Shown: positions 23,920-37,705, numbered from the whole stretch's first letter. The stretch: DNA of 63,672 nucleotides, filler included, from Rhabdomonas costata (GCA_019059605.1; 48 parts of 48 records of this genome joined end to end with filler, not necessarily neighbours in it); one strand, 5' to 3'. Notes: generated from the sequence alone by a model not told the origin. Numbers and translations are program-made.

Positions 23920-25147
23920 TTTTGTGGGTGCCCTTCACCAAAGGTACAGACGAGGAGGCTGCATTTGGGGCCTTGAGGTGCACCTCTTGGGAAATCAATA
24001 CTATCAGCTGGAACCCAGCCGCGAACACGGCGTAGGTCACCTGAAACTTCGGCGATGTCGCGCGAGCCCAGACAAGAATGTGAACCCCCTGCACCACAAA
24101 GCCACTTCGGAAAATACTCTCGACCACACCCCCTATGTTTGTCAGCAAGTCCTGCAGCTGGGGCACCTTGGCGATGTCGACTGACACAGCGGCCTCCACG
24201 TCCAACTCACAAACGGGTTTCAAATTAAACGCCCCGTGGCACCACCCCTTTATTACCAGCAGGCCCCCCACAAAGTTGCAGCTCGCATCGCACTTGACGA
24301 TCTGTTGCAGCTTCTTCAGCCAGGGAAACTTCTCGATGTCCAGCGAGTTTCCCAATAAATTCGGAAGCTTCATCTTCGACAAAAAAGACATTGACTTCGA
24401 GGCCTCTCCATCCATCAGTGCCATCTGCTTCCATTTCGAGAAGAGGTTCTGAAGCTTGCCTGCAAACATGCCAGCAAAGCCGTCCGGAAGCAGACTCTTC
24501 AAAGTCTCGATCCCCTTCGCCGCCGCCTTCGCCGCAAGATCCTTGAGGGAAACGGTGCCCAACCCAGGAATCTCGAATCGGGCGGTCAGCAAAGGGGCCA
24601 GAAATTGGAACTCCGGGAGACATTTCAGAAGCTCATTCAGGCAGGCTTCCTCCGCAACCCACTCCAAAGACTCCACGACATGGAGGCAGCGCGGTAAATC
24701 GGGGAGGCAGCTTTGCAACACACTGATCTTCACACATTTCGAGGCGTCAGGCAAACACTTTTTCAGGGCGTCTAGGTTGGCCCCAGGGTCTGTGTCACCT
24801 TCCATTTGAGTTCGGCCTGGTGTCGAGACGATCTCCTGGTGAACAAAGGGGGCCTCCACCAAAGAGACAGACCATATAATACAGGCTGTCTTTCCCAGGA
24901 CGTTGATGGCCCAAATCTCCATGAAGTCCAGCATATCAGCAGATTGCACAAGGATCTTCCATTTTGTAGTCTCCCCAGAAAAAGACACCTGGGTGCCATT
25001 GGCAATCACCGTGTCATTAGCGAGCAAAAGCACCTCCGAAACTGTAGCGTTTTCTGTACTCGAGCAGGGAGTAGACCCTACAGCCACGTATACCACAACA
25101 GGAGCTTTCAGGCCCACCACCACTTTTCCAGTCACCCCTGGTGTGAC
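23920..25147 (-). CDS. Unknown protein, intronless ORF of about 409 codons with Cys-containing repeats, truncated at both ends
   Basis: One long open frame spans essentially the whole contig, with repeated LKKCLPD, LQSCLPD and LLKCLPE. No family was recognised. Confidence 0.7.
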
Positions 25148-26576
25148 NNNNNNNNNNNNNNNNNNNNNNNNNNNNNNNNNNNNNNNNNNNNTTAATTAAT
25201 TAANNNNNNNNNNNNNNNNNNNNNNNNNNNNNNNNNNNNNNNNNNNNGTGTTGTGGTAGGTTACATAGACAGTAACAAGATCACCGTCAATGATAAATAT
25301 TTTCTGCAAATGATTGAATAGCCACTGTATTGCCTCGCCAAATACCTCATATTTACTAATGTGAATCTCTCAAGCGGATTACATCGGATTCTTATCTCAG
25401 AGTGCTACCGTGAGAAGACTGCTTTCCAGACGAAGATTGGGACTTTCAAGTTGACAGCAATACCATTTTTGGATGCCTAAATCAGAAGCAAACGTACATA
25501 TCAATCTTTTCCTGACACGTTATAGAGAGGTTCAGATAACATCTGCATCACATTTTCCACGTTTTGTAGCAACCGAGTTGACCAAAATTGTTTGCAGAGC
25601 GGACTAAAAGATCACTTTCCCATTTTGGGATTGATTTATTAGGGTTCATTGTGTGAAGCACGTTGCTGCATGGCAAGCAAACTGATTTTCCTTGTAATCT
25701 GCGGATTCTGGTCGAGACAACAATAATTCACCATCTTGCTTGCAAGCGCTTCTCAGGTCCTGTTCCATCCATATTATGATTGGTTAGCCCGAAGAGTTTT
25801 AAAAATACTCCACTTCCGCCAACAATGGCGCCTGGGACATATTTTGGGCTTGTTTTTTCGCCTGTTTTTGTCCCATTTTTGACACATTTTGCATGGGCTT
25901 ACTCCATTTTAGGGCATTTTATAGCATTTCAAATTTTTTCACCAAAAAACAAATTCGACCCCACTGCCCCAGTATGATCAATGTTGTATTGGAAACTATG
26001 GTGGTAGTATGTCCCTCAATGCCCTGCACTTTTTCGGGACCAACATTGACCGGCGGTGGAATGAGGTAACGCTATACAGAATTATTGTCCATTTTAAGCC
26101 CCTTTTTATTACGAGTTTTGTCTGCTATTATTTGTCAGAATTACGAGAAAATGCATCTCTTATTTCTGTAAAAATCCCAAGTCCACCGATTACGAGGTGA
26201 GTTACAGTGCAAGAGAAAGACCTTTTTGTTCTGTTGTTTGTGACAGACAAGTAGAGACACTAACTTTTAATTTCATGTAGCAAAGGGTGACATCTAAACG
26301 TAAACCTCATGTTTAAAGTACCTTCAAACAAGGCCAAATACTATCCAGAAGCAATTACGATGGCTTCATCACTTGGAGTAGTTCTACCACTCGATCCTCT
26401 GGAATTATAACCCAGAGATCATTCGCCCCATCGACATAGGAAATCAAGTTGTAATCCTTATGAGAAACCACCCCCCNNNNNNNNNNNNNNNNNNNNNNNN
26501 NNNNNNNNNNNNNNNNNNNNTTAATTAATTAANNNNNNNNNNNNNNNNNNNNNNNNNNNNNNNNNNNNNNNNNNNN

Positions 26577-27143
26577 GGGGGTGGTTCGTCAGATACCGGT
26601 ACCAGGAGGTGGGGCAGCTGCGGTAGGGCTCACCCTCATAGCCCTGCTCGTTGCGCGAACTGCGGCCCGTGCGGAAGTGCAGGGCCATGTACGGCCCTCC
26701 CAGGCTGCGCAGCTGTGGGATTTTGTGGGGAGAGAGAGTGACGGTGAAAGGGGTGAACTTGAGGAGAAGGCGTAAGGAGCTCGGCCATTGTCGTACCCCG
26801 CTCACCCGAATGAAAAACTGCGCAGCGAAGACACAAACAGAGAAAGGAAGGCCCTTGCTCGGTCTCTCTTGAAGTGGGTGCTCACTCTCTTGGAGTGCCA
26901 AGGGCTAGATGGATTCGTTTGGAGAGCGATGGGGGGAGGCTGCGGACAGGACACCTGGCGCTGCACCCCGGAGACCACCGGGGCGGTGGGGCGGAACAGC
27001 GCGTGGAAGGCGCACCCCCACAGGTCCAAGCTGTTCATGGTGATCCCCAGCTGCCTGCTGCGGCGGGACAGGAAGGGGCTGGGCTGCGGGGTGTACAGCC
27101 GCCCCACGTCAATCGGGGAGGGGTCCGTACTCATCGACGCAGT
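26577..27143 (-). CDS. Putative fucosyltransferase-like glycosyltransferase; exons 27143-26955 and 26712-26577
   Basis: WGCAFHALFRPT...YMALHFRTG resembles the GCxxxxLFxP and xxHxRxG motifs of O-fucosyltransferase/NodZ-like families. Both phase-0 splice sites are consistent. Confidence 0.5.
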
Positions 27144-29272
27144 CTGCAGGGGAAAACGCACAAAAGGAAAAAACAATTTCTAGGTCATTGAAAAGACAAA
27201 CCGTCGCGACTGGGGGTTACAGCACCAGAACAGCGAGTTTTCCAGGAAGCAACACAAAAAGAAAAACCTCAGGTGGAGGCCAGGGAATAAAAAACCATAT
27301 CGAAACAGGCGGGAAGGGGGATTGCTACAGAACGAAGGTTGGGATTAGGGTAGGACAAAGAATGAGAGAAAGGGCATTGTGTGAGGGCGGAAGAGAATGA
27401 TGGAAAACTTCTATCTGGGTTTGTTCGCGCTCTCTTTCATTCTCCTCCCCCTCACCTCAAGCGCACAAGTCGATGGTACAGGGCAATCAAGGCCTGCGCA
27501 TGCGTGCCGCAGCGTTGCCGAAGACGGGGCATAGGCCCTACCCTTCTTTGCTCCCCTTCTGAGTGTGCAAGCGGTTTAGCCTGAACTTGATAATTCCTAA
27601 CTTGCGCGGAACTTGCGCGGAAAGCTGCGGAAACCTCCAAAAAGTGCTCTGCCCTGCAACATGCATCTCTACCCAACCCTGCATTGATAAATAGTTGCAA
27701 CACTTGGGGTAGCTTCCGGTGGTTTCCAGATGCATCGCGATGTTCCCCGGTGGTCTCCAAATGTAATATGAAGTTCAGCCACACCCCAACCAAACACACC
27801 CACANNNNNNNNNNNNNNNNNNNNNNNNNNNNNNNNNNNNNNNNNNNNTTAATTAATTAANNNNNNNNNNNNNNNNNNNNNNNNNNNNNNNNNNNNNNNN
27901 NNNNGTTGGGGTGGGGAAGTCCATAGTTCATAGCTCGCATCCATTGCGCAGAGAAAGCCCATGGGGCGATCCTGGGATCCATTCTGCCGAGAAAGGCTGC
28001 GGCTTCGAGGGAGACAGGGAGGGGGGTAATTTCTTTGCGGATCAAACCCGTTGTACATGAGTTCGACCGGCAAACGGAAAGGATGTGTCCTCCTCCTCCC
28101 TCTCCCATTGACACGCAGTCTCATCCTGCCTTGACTTTGCTGGCGGTTGTGCTGGTTTTAAACGAATGCGTCTCACAGGGATTGACAGCCGTGCCGTTGC
28201 TGCCTTGTCGGGGGTGCAGGGTGCCCAGGCGCCCTCTGCCCTGAGTGCAGTTGGAGGTGCCTTTGCGATTGTACAGTTTTTTGGTTTATAGTTTTTCCTT
28301 CGGATCACCGTAGCAAGGGGGAGAAGAAGTGAGAAACAACTGTACTATAAATATGTCATTTTCGACTTGGAAGCTAAAAAAGGTGGTGAAAAAACTGGAT
28401 TTTTACCTGGCGGTGTTTCGCTTCCTTTTGGCCTTTTTGTGTGCCTATCCTACCTGTAACTTTTGTGATAACCATATTTGGTCCTTCTTCCAACCTGCTT
28501 GGTTATGCGGTGGTTACAAGTTGAGCCCGGCTGTATCCAGACCACTCACCAACGCCAGTTAAACTGAAAATCGACGTATCAAGATGTGTGGTGGTCTATG
28601 CCTGGCATGGGTTCATACTTGAATGCAATATTATCCCATGCACCCCACACCGGCAGGTCGACTCCTTCGGGCACTATCCTCATGATTTCACCGCTTCAGC
28701 CCCAACCCTGTGGTTTGCCATATTGCCTTTGGGGGGGGGGTATTCTCAGGGGATTCTCACGGCTCTCACGTTGACCAATGGGACGATGACGACGAGCCCG
28801 CGAAGCCGCAGCAGCACCAGGACAAGGATCAGGGCGAGGAGGACTGGGATGACGAAGAGGCCACGGGCAGCGCCTCGGAGGCTCGGCCCTGGGAGGCGGA
28901 CCGGTAGGTCAAGGCGATGGGGAGGGGGGGGGAGCATGCGTTTCTGTGGTTCTGTGTGTTTCCGCCGTGGAGCCTTTGCACAGTGGTTGGACGGACCCTC
29001 TCTGGTAGGGTGTTTCACACACAGTCTTTTGTCAGTACCTTCCGGGTGTGGTACATGCACCATGAACAATGGTGAAGGGAGTTGGCTGCTGAGCAGGGCC
29101 ACCCAAGCGCAGCCTGTGGTACTGGACGCTCANNNNNNNNNNNNNNNNNNNNNNNNNNNNNNNNNNNNNNNNNNNNTTAATTAATTAANNNNNNNNNNNN
29201 NNNNNNNNNNNNNNNNNNNNNNNNNNNNNNNNTGTGGGGCGGCTCGGTGGGATCTTTTGGCCTTACTTCCAG

Positions 29273-29339
29273 ATCGTCACCAGCGTCGTCGCTTTCGAGA
29301 GCTTTTTGCTGTTCAACGTCTATCTCTCCAACCCATTCG
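29273..29339 (+). CDS. Small exon, possibly bestrophin-like
   Basis: TTCCAG| IVTSVVAFESFLLFNVYLSNPF(G) |GTACAA. It ends in LxNPFG as bestrophins do, but it is very short. Confidence 0.3.
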
Positions 29340-30317
29340 GTACAACGCTTGATGGCTTAGACCGCGCATTGCCGCGCATTTTTATGCAACGAGAATTGAG
29401 ATTCTCTCATTAATAAAATATTATTGAAAATACATGTATAATGAATATATTGCCGAAATTATTTAGCGTGCAGGAAAGAACATGGCAAGCTCGCACAAAC
29501 GGGGTGCCGATACTAGAATCGGGACGGCTCACCCCGCGATCCTTGGTCACGAAAAAAATATCTGTCAAAAAAACAGCAGACCACACAACCAAACACCGGA
29601 CGGCATGGTGTCTGGAGATCAACGTGACCAAACAAAACCGACGACGCACTAGAAAAGTGGGAGCCGAGGAGCGGTCCCTGTATAACGGGATTAGCTCGAA
29701 CGAAGCCCCCGAGCTATAGAATCGAGTGGAGTAAGCCGCATAGAATCGTCAACAATAGACCGAACAAAAACACAAACCCCTGCGGCCAACCCGACGGGAA
29801 TTTGAATGCCTCCAGTGCAGCAATAGGGGCAGGTGCTTGGAAAAACTTGCTGGCCACGCCTGCCCTTGAAGCGTGCTCTGGGCTGCTGTCGCACAGCAGT
29901 TCATGCAAGGTAAGGTTACACTGGAAAACACAAAAAATGGTATGTGACGGTTTTCCGAATTTTTTCGCCTGTAGAAATGCCCTTGTCTGGGGTCATGTTA
30001 CGTGATGAACCCGGAAAGTTTTCTTCAAAAGTCCCTAAAAAGTAGTTAGATATGGGATGCTTCGAAGAGACCACTGCCCCGAAGGCGAGAATTTTTCCTT
30101 TGGATTCCTTGCGTTGATCTTATAATATTGAATAATGTACAATAATGATAGTTAATGATGAATCTAATGAATATCATTAATGAGTTTATTCAATTAGTTC
30201 TCATTGGAGTTAAGTGTAGCCATGAAGTGCCGAGTGAACGATGGGTGAAAGGTACGTTCCAACTTGCTTGTCGTCACAGCGTTTGAAGGACTTCACTTCG
30301 AGGAGATACACTGCCCC

Positions 30318-30320
<3 letters not shown>

Positions 30321-30360
<40 letters not shown>
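30321..30360. repeat. (AC)20 microsatellite
   Basis: Directly visible. Confidence 0.97.
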
Positions 30361-30361
<1 letters not shown>

Positions 30362-30609
30362 AGCGCGCAGTGACCCCGGGCACCGGTCCGAACCTACCTC
30401 TCCAAGGTTAAGGGATAGGACAACGTGGCAGGGGGAGCTGTGTCCTGCGGGAGAAAACCAACACNNNNNNNNNNNNNNNNNNNNNNNNNNNNNNNNNNNN
30501 NNNNNNNNTTAATTAATTAANNNNNNNNNNNNNNNNNNNNNNNNNNNNNNNNNNNNNNNNNNNNTGTGGGTTTTCCGATGTGCGCCCGACTCAGTCGTCC
30601 TTCTCCAAG

Positions 30610-31148
30610 AGTTGCTGAGGAGTTTGAGGCAGAGTTTTGATGAGGATCACGTTTGCGTGGTTGAAGCTGTGACCCGTCTTGCGTTCCTTCACTTTCTTTG
30701 CCAGAGATATGCACAAGCTGAGCAGTTGTTCGAAGAAGGTTTGCAACTCCATCGGCGTCGTATGGGTAATGATGACATCCTTTTGGTGTCTACTCTGGAG
30801 ATGCTTGCAGTTCTGTACAACTCACTAGGCAAGGGTGATGACTCGGTTCCGCTGCTCGAGGAAACTTTGAGAATTCGACGGCTTCATCTTGATGAGAGTC
30901 ATCCGGACGTCATAGAGAACATGACAACCCTCGCCTTTCTTTATGCCCGTCAGCATAAATACGCCTCCGCGGAACCCCTGCTGCAGGAGACACTGAGGAT
31001 TCAGCGGTTGGGTGGTAATACCCCGGCGGTCGTTGAGAACATGAGCCGTCTAGCCATGTTCTACCGCCTACAGGGGAAGATCGAGGCAGCGAAGGAGCTG
31101 GCAGACGAGTCTGCAAGGATCCTTGAACATCTCGGTGATGATGCATAG
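30610..31148 (+). CDS. Tetratricopeptide-repeat protein (kinesin light chain/TPR_12-like), terminal exon
   Basis: Four repeats of about 42 aa (LAFL..Q.YAQAEQLFEE.L; LAVLY..G...S.PLLEETLRI; HPDV...LAFLY..YASAEPLLQETLRI; LAMFY..QGK..AA). The acceptor CTCCAAG ends at 30609. Confidence 0.9.
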
Positions 31149-32704
31149 CCTGGCGCTACACCCGCAAGAGTATATTTGACTATGTCGTGCAATTTTATTT
31201 CTGTTTTCTTGGTTTGGCGTCTCCTGACTTTTGGTTGTGGTGCTGCTGCTCGATTGGAATCTTCTGACTGTTCTGAAAGGTGCCCTCCGCGTCGTTTTGT
31301 TTCGCTCACCGAAAAGAAATTGATTCCTGGCTGATCTTAAATTTTACCCCAACCAACTGTATTCTGTTTTAGTCCGCTACCACCTACCACGGTGAATTGA
31401 TGTGGATAATAATAGTGGGTTCTGGGCAACATGACCGGATTCACTTAAATGCTCTTTTCTCGCGCGCGATGCATTCAGCGCTCCGTAGATCCCTCCAAAG
31501 GAAATAGGTTTCGTCGTGTCCGCTGTTTCAAGTGCTTTTTTCCATGATACGCGTCCTCGCTGACCGGAACAGCTTACTGACTGAACAGTATACAACACAC
31601 GATCAAGATTGTTTGGTAATACTATAAAGATCAACATTTTTTGGCCAAAGCGTGTGAAATCAGCCAGATTCCAGCTTGCACACTTGCACCCTCACACTCC
31701 ACTCCTCAGTCGCCTGGTTACTGCGTATTATTGCTTCGTTGCGTTTTCTCACAACACCCACAAAACCGGCAGCCAGACGTGACCTCGCTCGNNNNNNNNN
31801 NNNNNNNNNNNNNNNNNNNNNNNNNNNNNNNNNNNTTAATTAATTAANNNNNNNNNNNNNNNNNNNNNNNNNNNNNNNNNNNNNNNNNNNNTGCGCGAGG
31901 CATAAAGGAAGCAGCGCAACGTTGCGTGAAATACGGCGGGTTCCAGTCAATCCCTCCCCTTTGGCCCGGTTCGGGCCTGAAGGACAACGGAAATTCCAGT
32001 GGAAGAAGTGAAAGATGGGATTCTCGGGTGGTGTGTGCGCGGGGAGGCGGGAGTTGCGGGGCTTGGACATGTGTCAGTGCGTTGCCCCCATCCCCAAGAG
32101 GCCTAAACACCAAATAAATTCCCTCACAGAACAGGGAAATGTTGCACGAGGACACTTCCACACTCATGGTGGGCCCGAAAGGCCTTTCCGTTCTGCGGAA
32201 GCTTCATATCGTTTGACAAATATTGTAGTGAAGCCCGTTCATCTCTAATCACCATCATCTTTTAGTGAGAGTTTGACCTAAAGGAAACGACTGGGAAATT
32301 GTCATAACTGGGTGGGTTCAGATAATCAGGAACCATCAAAGATAAGGGCACGACATTCACCAGCTTTCACAGAAAAAACGGAAGACCGCTTTTAGTCAGT
32401 CTGCAGTGGCCACAGCCAAGCCTCATATCGCCCGACCACGGAAGCGTCAGCCCCCAACCACCAACCACCCACAAACCATCCAGTGTGGGGTGAGCAGAAA
32501 AAAAAGGCACCAGCCAAATTCCCGCCAACCGTGAGCCGCCGCTCGTTTTACATCTTCCCGACTCTGGCTGGCACAGACCCCCGAACTGCTCTGAAGTGTT
32601 GAACCAGCGCGGAAATGTTCCTGAACAGCCATCAGGGTTGTCAAAGACACAATCATTCCGTCGAGGAGGAGCGAGTAAAGCCGGCACACTTCATTCTTTC
32701 CACA

Positions 32705-33022
32705 CTATCCCTCACTCCGAGACAAGCACCGGGCTGCATCCGAAGCCAGGCTGGGATAGGTCACGGTGGCCAGCTTCCGCTGGGCATCCCCTATATTCCT
32801 GTCGGTAAGAAGCATGAACTGGTTTACGCTCACCAGGGAATCATGGACCAACCCGGCAATCTCGGAACCTGGCGGTAGAACGCAGTTCCCAGAATAGCAA
32901 GAAGGGGAAAGGTTGGCCTCGACATCGTCCAGAACTACATAGCGAGCCTGGGTCTCTCCATGCTCAACCAGTACAAACTGCTCGATCCACCGCAAAATGC
33001 CCATAATGTTCCGAGGACGCAC
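32705..33022 (-). CDS. Terminal exon, possibly the C-terminus of a HAD-like (HAD_SAK-type) domain
   Basis: ILRWIEQ...YVVLDD...V...GL resembles the IxxWL...YVILDD...GL pattern. The acceptor is CTCCAAG|. Confidence 0.35.
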   Translation of the reverse strand: MRPRNIMGILRWIEQFVLVEHGETQARYVVLDDVEANLSPSCYSGNCVLPPGSEIAGLVHDSLVSVNQFMLLTDRNIGDAQRKLATVTYPSLASDAARCLSRSEG

Positions 33023-34547
33023 CTTGGAGGAAAAAACGACAACCATCGGAAACAAAAAAAGAAAACCCAAGACATTTTGGCAAGTGACCTGCACTTGGTT
33101 TAAGTTCAGTACAGAAAAANNNNNNNNNNNNNNNNNNNNNNNNNNNNNNNNNNNNNNNNNNNNTTAATTAATTAANNNNNNNNNNNNNNNNNNNNNNNNN
33201 NNNNNNNNNNNNNNNNNNNTGTGTTAGGTGAGTTTAGTGTGGTGGTGAGCTACACATCCTGTAGCCAATTCCTGAGAGCTAGGCCGAAGCCTTTGCTTTT
33301 TGCATGTTCAGCGGTCCTCCTAAAACCTTGCGTGGCTGGTCCTAGGGATCTTTCACCTTGGCGGCTCTTTCGTATCCCTTTTGCACCGCTTCTTGCCCGA
33401 TGCAGCGGAAGTTTTACAGACAGCACTAACGAAGTATTTATGAAAACCGGCCGTTTTCCGGCTGTCACTCCAAGCGCAGTCGACTACATTCCGCACGCAT
33501 CAAATGTTAGGGGCATAAGAAAGAAACCCACTGGGGCTGAAGCCCAATCACAGGCCAGTCACTTCCATTTTTGGCGGCTCACTTATATTGTCAAATGCAC
33601 GGAATCGGACGATCGATATACAAGCCAAAGAGTGTGTTCCAAGTACCTCAGTTGCCTGCGTAACACACTTCAGATGATGAACAAAATAAGACCCTCCCCA
33701 GAATATGAAACGCTTGCTTCAGCTTTGAGCAGAAGCAGAACAGTTACAAACCCCTGCAGTGTGCAAAATGCACTGGTGTAGGGGTGCGTTCCAGAAATCG
33801 CAACCAGCCATGATAGGCCCACAAAACAAACACGGCGGGAAATGGGAGAGGGGTCCTCGTCAAAAGATAGTCGGCCGGGAATCGGGCGTGCCCCCAGCTC
33901 GAGGCTCCGTAGCGGCATCGCAGTCACTCCAGGCTGTGCTGGGTGGGCAGGCCGGGGTGTGCAGCACATCCCAGTCAAGGCTGTGGGCCCACAGAAAGGC
34001 CCGTCCACACTCCTTCCAGGAGCTGGGTCCCGCACTGAGTCCCAGAGCCCAAGGTAGCGACCATCGCTGGGCGTGGCAATGCTCCACGGCGTTGAGAAAG
34101 TCCCATACCTTTTGCGAAAGGGAGCACCAGTGGTGCTTTGCGAGCCACCGGCCAGCTTTTGGAATCACCTTATCTGCGGAGGTATCTTTTGCAATCTAGA
34201 ACAAATCGCCCGCAAGACTGCGCATTGAGAAAAGACAGACGCTCAAAGAGCGAGATGTGTATCCTGCGAATGCCCGTAAATGACTGTGGTTGTTGACCCC
34301 ACGTGGTGAATGGGGTGCACGGGCGACGCGGGGAATGCTGCCCGGTCTGATGAGACTGCTGTATTCTGCGCTTCGCCCTCTCCTGAGGCACCCAGGACCA
34401 CGGGGAGGCGCGTGCGAACGATTTCCTGTTTGACTCAGGGACTTAACNNNNNNNNNNNNNNNNNNNNNNNNNNNNNNNNNNNNNNNNNNNNTTAATTAAT
34501 TAANNNNNNNNNNNNNNNNNNNNNNNNNNNNNNNNNNNNNNNNNNNN

Positions 34548-34665
34548 AGGGGTAGCTCACCATCGGAGCCGCGAAGGTGGGCGCCGCCACGGGATAGGCC
34601 GCGGGAAGGGCGTAGCTGTAGGTCACCGGCGCCACGGCCGTGTAAGCGGGAGCCGCCGCAACCAC
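34548..34665 (-). CDS. Exon of an Ala/Pro/Val/Tyr-rich low-complexity protein
   Basis: TTGCAG| VVAAAPAYTAVAPVTYSYALPAAYPVAAPTFAAPMVSYP, with strong third-position GC bias. Confidence 0.55.
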
Positions 34666-36332
34666 CTGCAAACCGTACCCCCCCACCCAGGACATACACA
34701 TACATACACAGCAAAAAAAATAACCCAATCAAACAATCCAGAACTATCCCAGACACACGCATACTCAGATCTGCGCAAGCAGCCCCCACTATCGCCGCCT
34801 TTTCATGGCACAAACCAGAATAAGGAAACCAAAAAAAAAAACTCGGTGGCATGGGAAAGTCGACCACCCCAACACCCCGCCCATACGAGGGATGGCTGGT
34901 TGCCCATCTTAAGTTTCGCCAAAGCCAAGTGTGAAGCACAACAGCACTAGAAGCCCAAAAAGCACCCCACAAAGTGAGAGAAGGCGGGACAGTCTGCGAG
35001 AAGCAATCGCCACATGGAAAAACCAGCATCCCCCACAAAAGCCTGCAAAAGAGGCGATGCACTTGGAATGTCAAAGGAGGTGAACTGCAACTTCATGCGA
35101 AAAAAAACGTGCCCGCTTCACTTCCAAACTGAAAGCTGCGGTGGCATCGCCATAATCGCGACCGCCTCAGCCTCGACGGGTCTCAAGAACGGAACTCCCG
35201 TGCTTCACGATGCACTACCTTCACGCACTGCCTGCAGCTGTGACTTTGGCAACCCAGACAGGCTTCTCACGCCGTTTCGAACAACACAAACAAAGTCCGG
35301 GGCGTCGGTCGCCGCTCAAATCTTCCTTCGGGACATAGGCCTGGACAACCAACTTTTCCGGCTCGACTCTTATACAAAAAGGCATGCCTGCGTACCCGAA
35401 GCATAATATTACAACATGACAACCCAGGACTCGAAAATCCTACTTGCGGTCGAATCCTACGGCTACCCCCCTTCATATGGAATCTTCGGAACCAACTTCT
35501 TCAGAACTACTACTACGACCACCACCACCACTACCACAACCACCTTCCAGCACGTTTGCACACACCTTATCTCCGCACAGGGCAGAGAGCATTATGCTAC
35601 CACCACTGACACCGCTTCTCAGCCATCGCTCTGGCCTGCTCTCACTTCCTCCCCCCCACCCGCCGCCTGGCGAAGCAGCCCAGAACGAACATTTTTATAA
35701 ATCGTTGGCAAAGTCTCCAGTACCTTGGACAGAAAAAAGAAAAGGTCACCATTCCACCTCGCGCCTCTGTTCTTCTNNNNNNNNNNNNNNNNNNNNNNNN
35801 NNNNNNNNNNNNNNNNNNNNTTAATTAATTAANNNNNNNNNNNNNNNNNNNNNNNNNNNNNNNNNNNNNNNNNNNNTTGGGTCTCTGGCCACAGTGACCG
35901 GATCCGGAACCACCGGACCCGAAATCACTCATTAGCCGCCATCCAAGAAATATCTTTGCACTCCAATTACCCTATTGATTCTCGGCAAAGATGGTTCATT
36001 TGAGCTACAGTGATACGAATCCCTCCACCGAAATACGACTCCACCATCACTTCTTAACTCTAACCCGCAGCGGCGATCTGACTCAACCTTCAGCATCGGA
36101 GCGTGAAAAATAATGAAGAAGCACGTGGAAACCTCAGGTTCTGGATCCCTGGAACAGCACCCATCCTCACCCATCCTCATAAGGAGCGGAAGGGAAAGCG
36201 ACCCAAAACGGTGGAGAAAGGGTACGATACTGTTTCGTTTCTGCGGTCCTAAACACGAGTGAAAACACCAAACACCTGCATCAGGAAAGCCCGAGAACGG
36301 GATAGGAGGCTTTATGAGAAGGGCGCGGGAAC

Positions 36333-36426
36333 CTGCATGCAGTCCAGGGCAGTCTCGACAAGCTTCGGAGTGCGAGAATCGTATGCAATGGTGAAGACGT
36401 GGGTCAGCTGCACCAGCAGCACTTTC
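36333..36426 (-). CDS. Exon of a large ARF-GEF (BIG/Sec7 family), N-terminal DCB domain
   Basis: FTIAYDSRTPKLVETALDCMQ matches the BIG-family motif FxLAxxSxxPxxVxxALDCLQK. The exon has a CTGACCTTAG acceptor and a CAG|GTTCCC donor. Confidence 0.7.
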
Positions 36427-37624
36427 CTAAGGTCAGAGCACTTTCCGCTCAGATCTTCACCGCAGATTATGGACCATAACCCCTTTAATTTCGCTGCTTC
36501 AAGCACGAGACTCAGGAGATTTTTTTTTGTGATATTGTAATCTAAATACCAGCGAGGATAACCTGACCAAGTTTCGTCACGGGATCATTCACAGGAATCG
36601 ATGGCAGAAAAGCAGTGACAGCACTGAACTTCATTGTCAACTTCATTGTCAGTATATACAGAGATGGGCTTTCAAACTTCGGGCTGCACAGCATACGTGT
36701 CATGCTCTGAGATGGGCTTCCCACAGACCTTTTGGACAACACCTGCGCAATACACAGAGGAGATACCGACACCCACCTTAGCATAACTCAGCGGGTTCAA
36801 ATAGTGTCGAGCACTCTATCATGCACCAACATTTAAGTGACCTATTCTTAACCTTCAAAAGGGTTTCCTGAATGAATTTGATATTAATGGCTCGCACTTA
36901 ACTTACTTCTTACGCTGTAGCCAAAAGAGGGTTAGGTATACTGTGCAAGAGGCTTCCAAATCAATTTGCTTCAGAGAAAGGGGTCAGGTTAACCCTGCGC
37001 ACCCTCGAAGGGAATTTGATTTGTGGATAGACAAGAACTTTAGGGGGCCTGGGACTAGCCTACAACTGTGCTTTGGAGGGCGAGCAGGGCAAGTTAAGTG
37101 TGGGNNNNNNNNNNNNNNNNNNNNNNNNNNNNNNNNNNNNNNNNNNNNTTAATTAATTAANNNNNNNNNNNNNNNNNNNNNNNNNNNNNNNNNNNNNNNN
37201 NNNNTTGTGGTTGGATGCAAGAATCGCTCGGCATGGCCCCCGATTTAAAGCTTACCTTGGGATGAGTTCCAATGAAATCAGGGGACTTTATCGCCATTAC
37301 TGGCGCTATTGCTATCCAACGGTGTTGTCATCAACCTCGGTCGTACTGAACCTCAGCCATCGATCGCATGTCGTCAGAATACGATTTCGCGGAGAATGGT
37401 TCGGCAGCCGTGATTTGCTGATCAGCAACTTTTGACGGGAAAACTGTTACGGCCACGTAACTGAGTAGGTAACCTCTGTAATGTTTTCCGATGCGTGTTT
37501 CGTTTGACGATCTTTTCATTCCAGGTTTCTTGTCCTTGTGATGAAGTGATGGAGAAGATTGAAACGGAACAGAGTGCAAGAAAGAGCATGACTTTGTTAC
37601 TCTCTGTTTCCGTGGGGAATGCAG

Positions 37625-37705
37625 GCTGCAGAAGAAATGGCCACCCGTGTGAGGCAAGCGGAGGCCAGCCGCACTCGGGCAACAGCAGAGGCAGCTCTGT
37701 GGAAG
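37625..37705 (+). CDS. Small coiled-coil exon
   Basis: TGCAG| AAEEMATRVRQAEASRTRATAEAALWK |GTTTTT. Confidence 0.35.
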
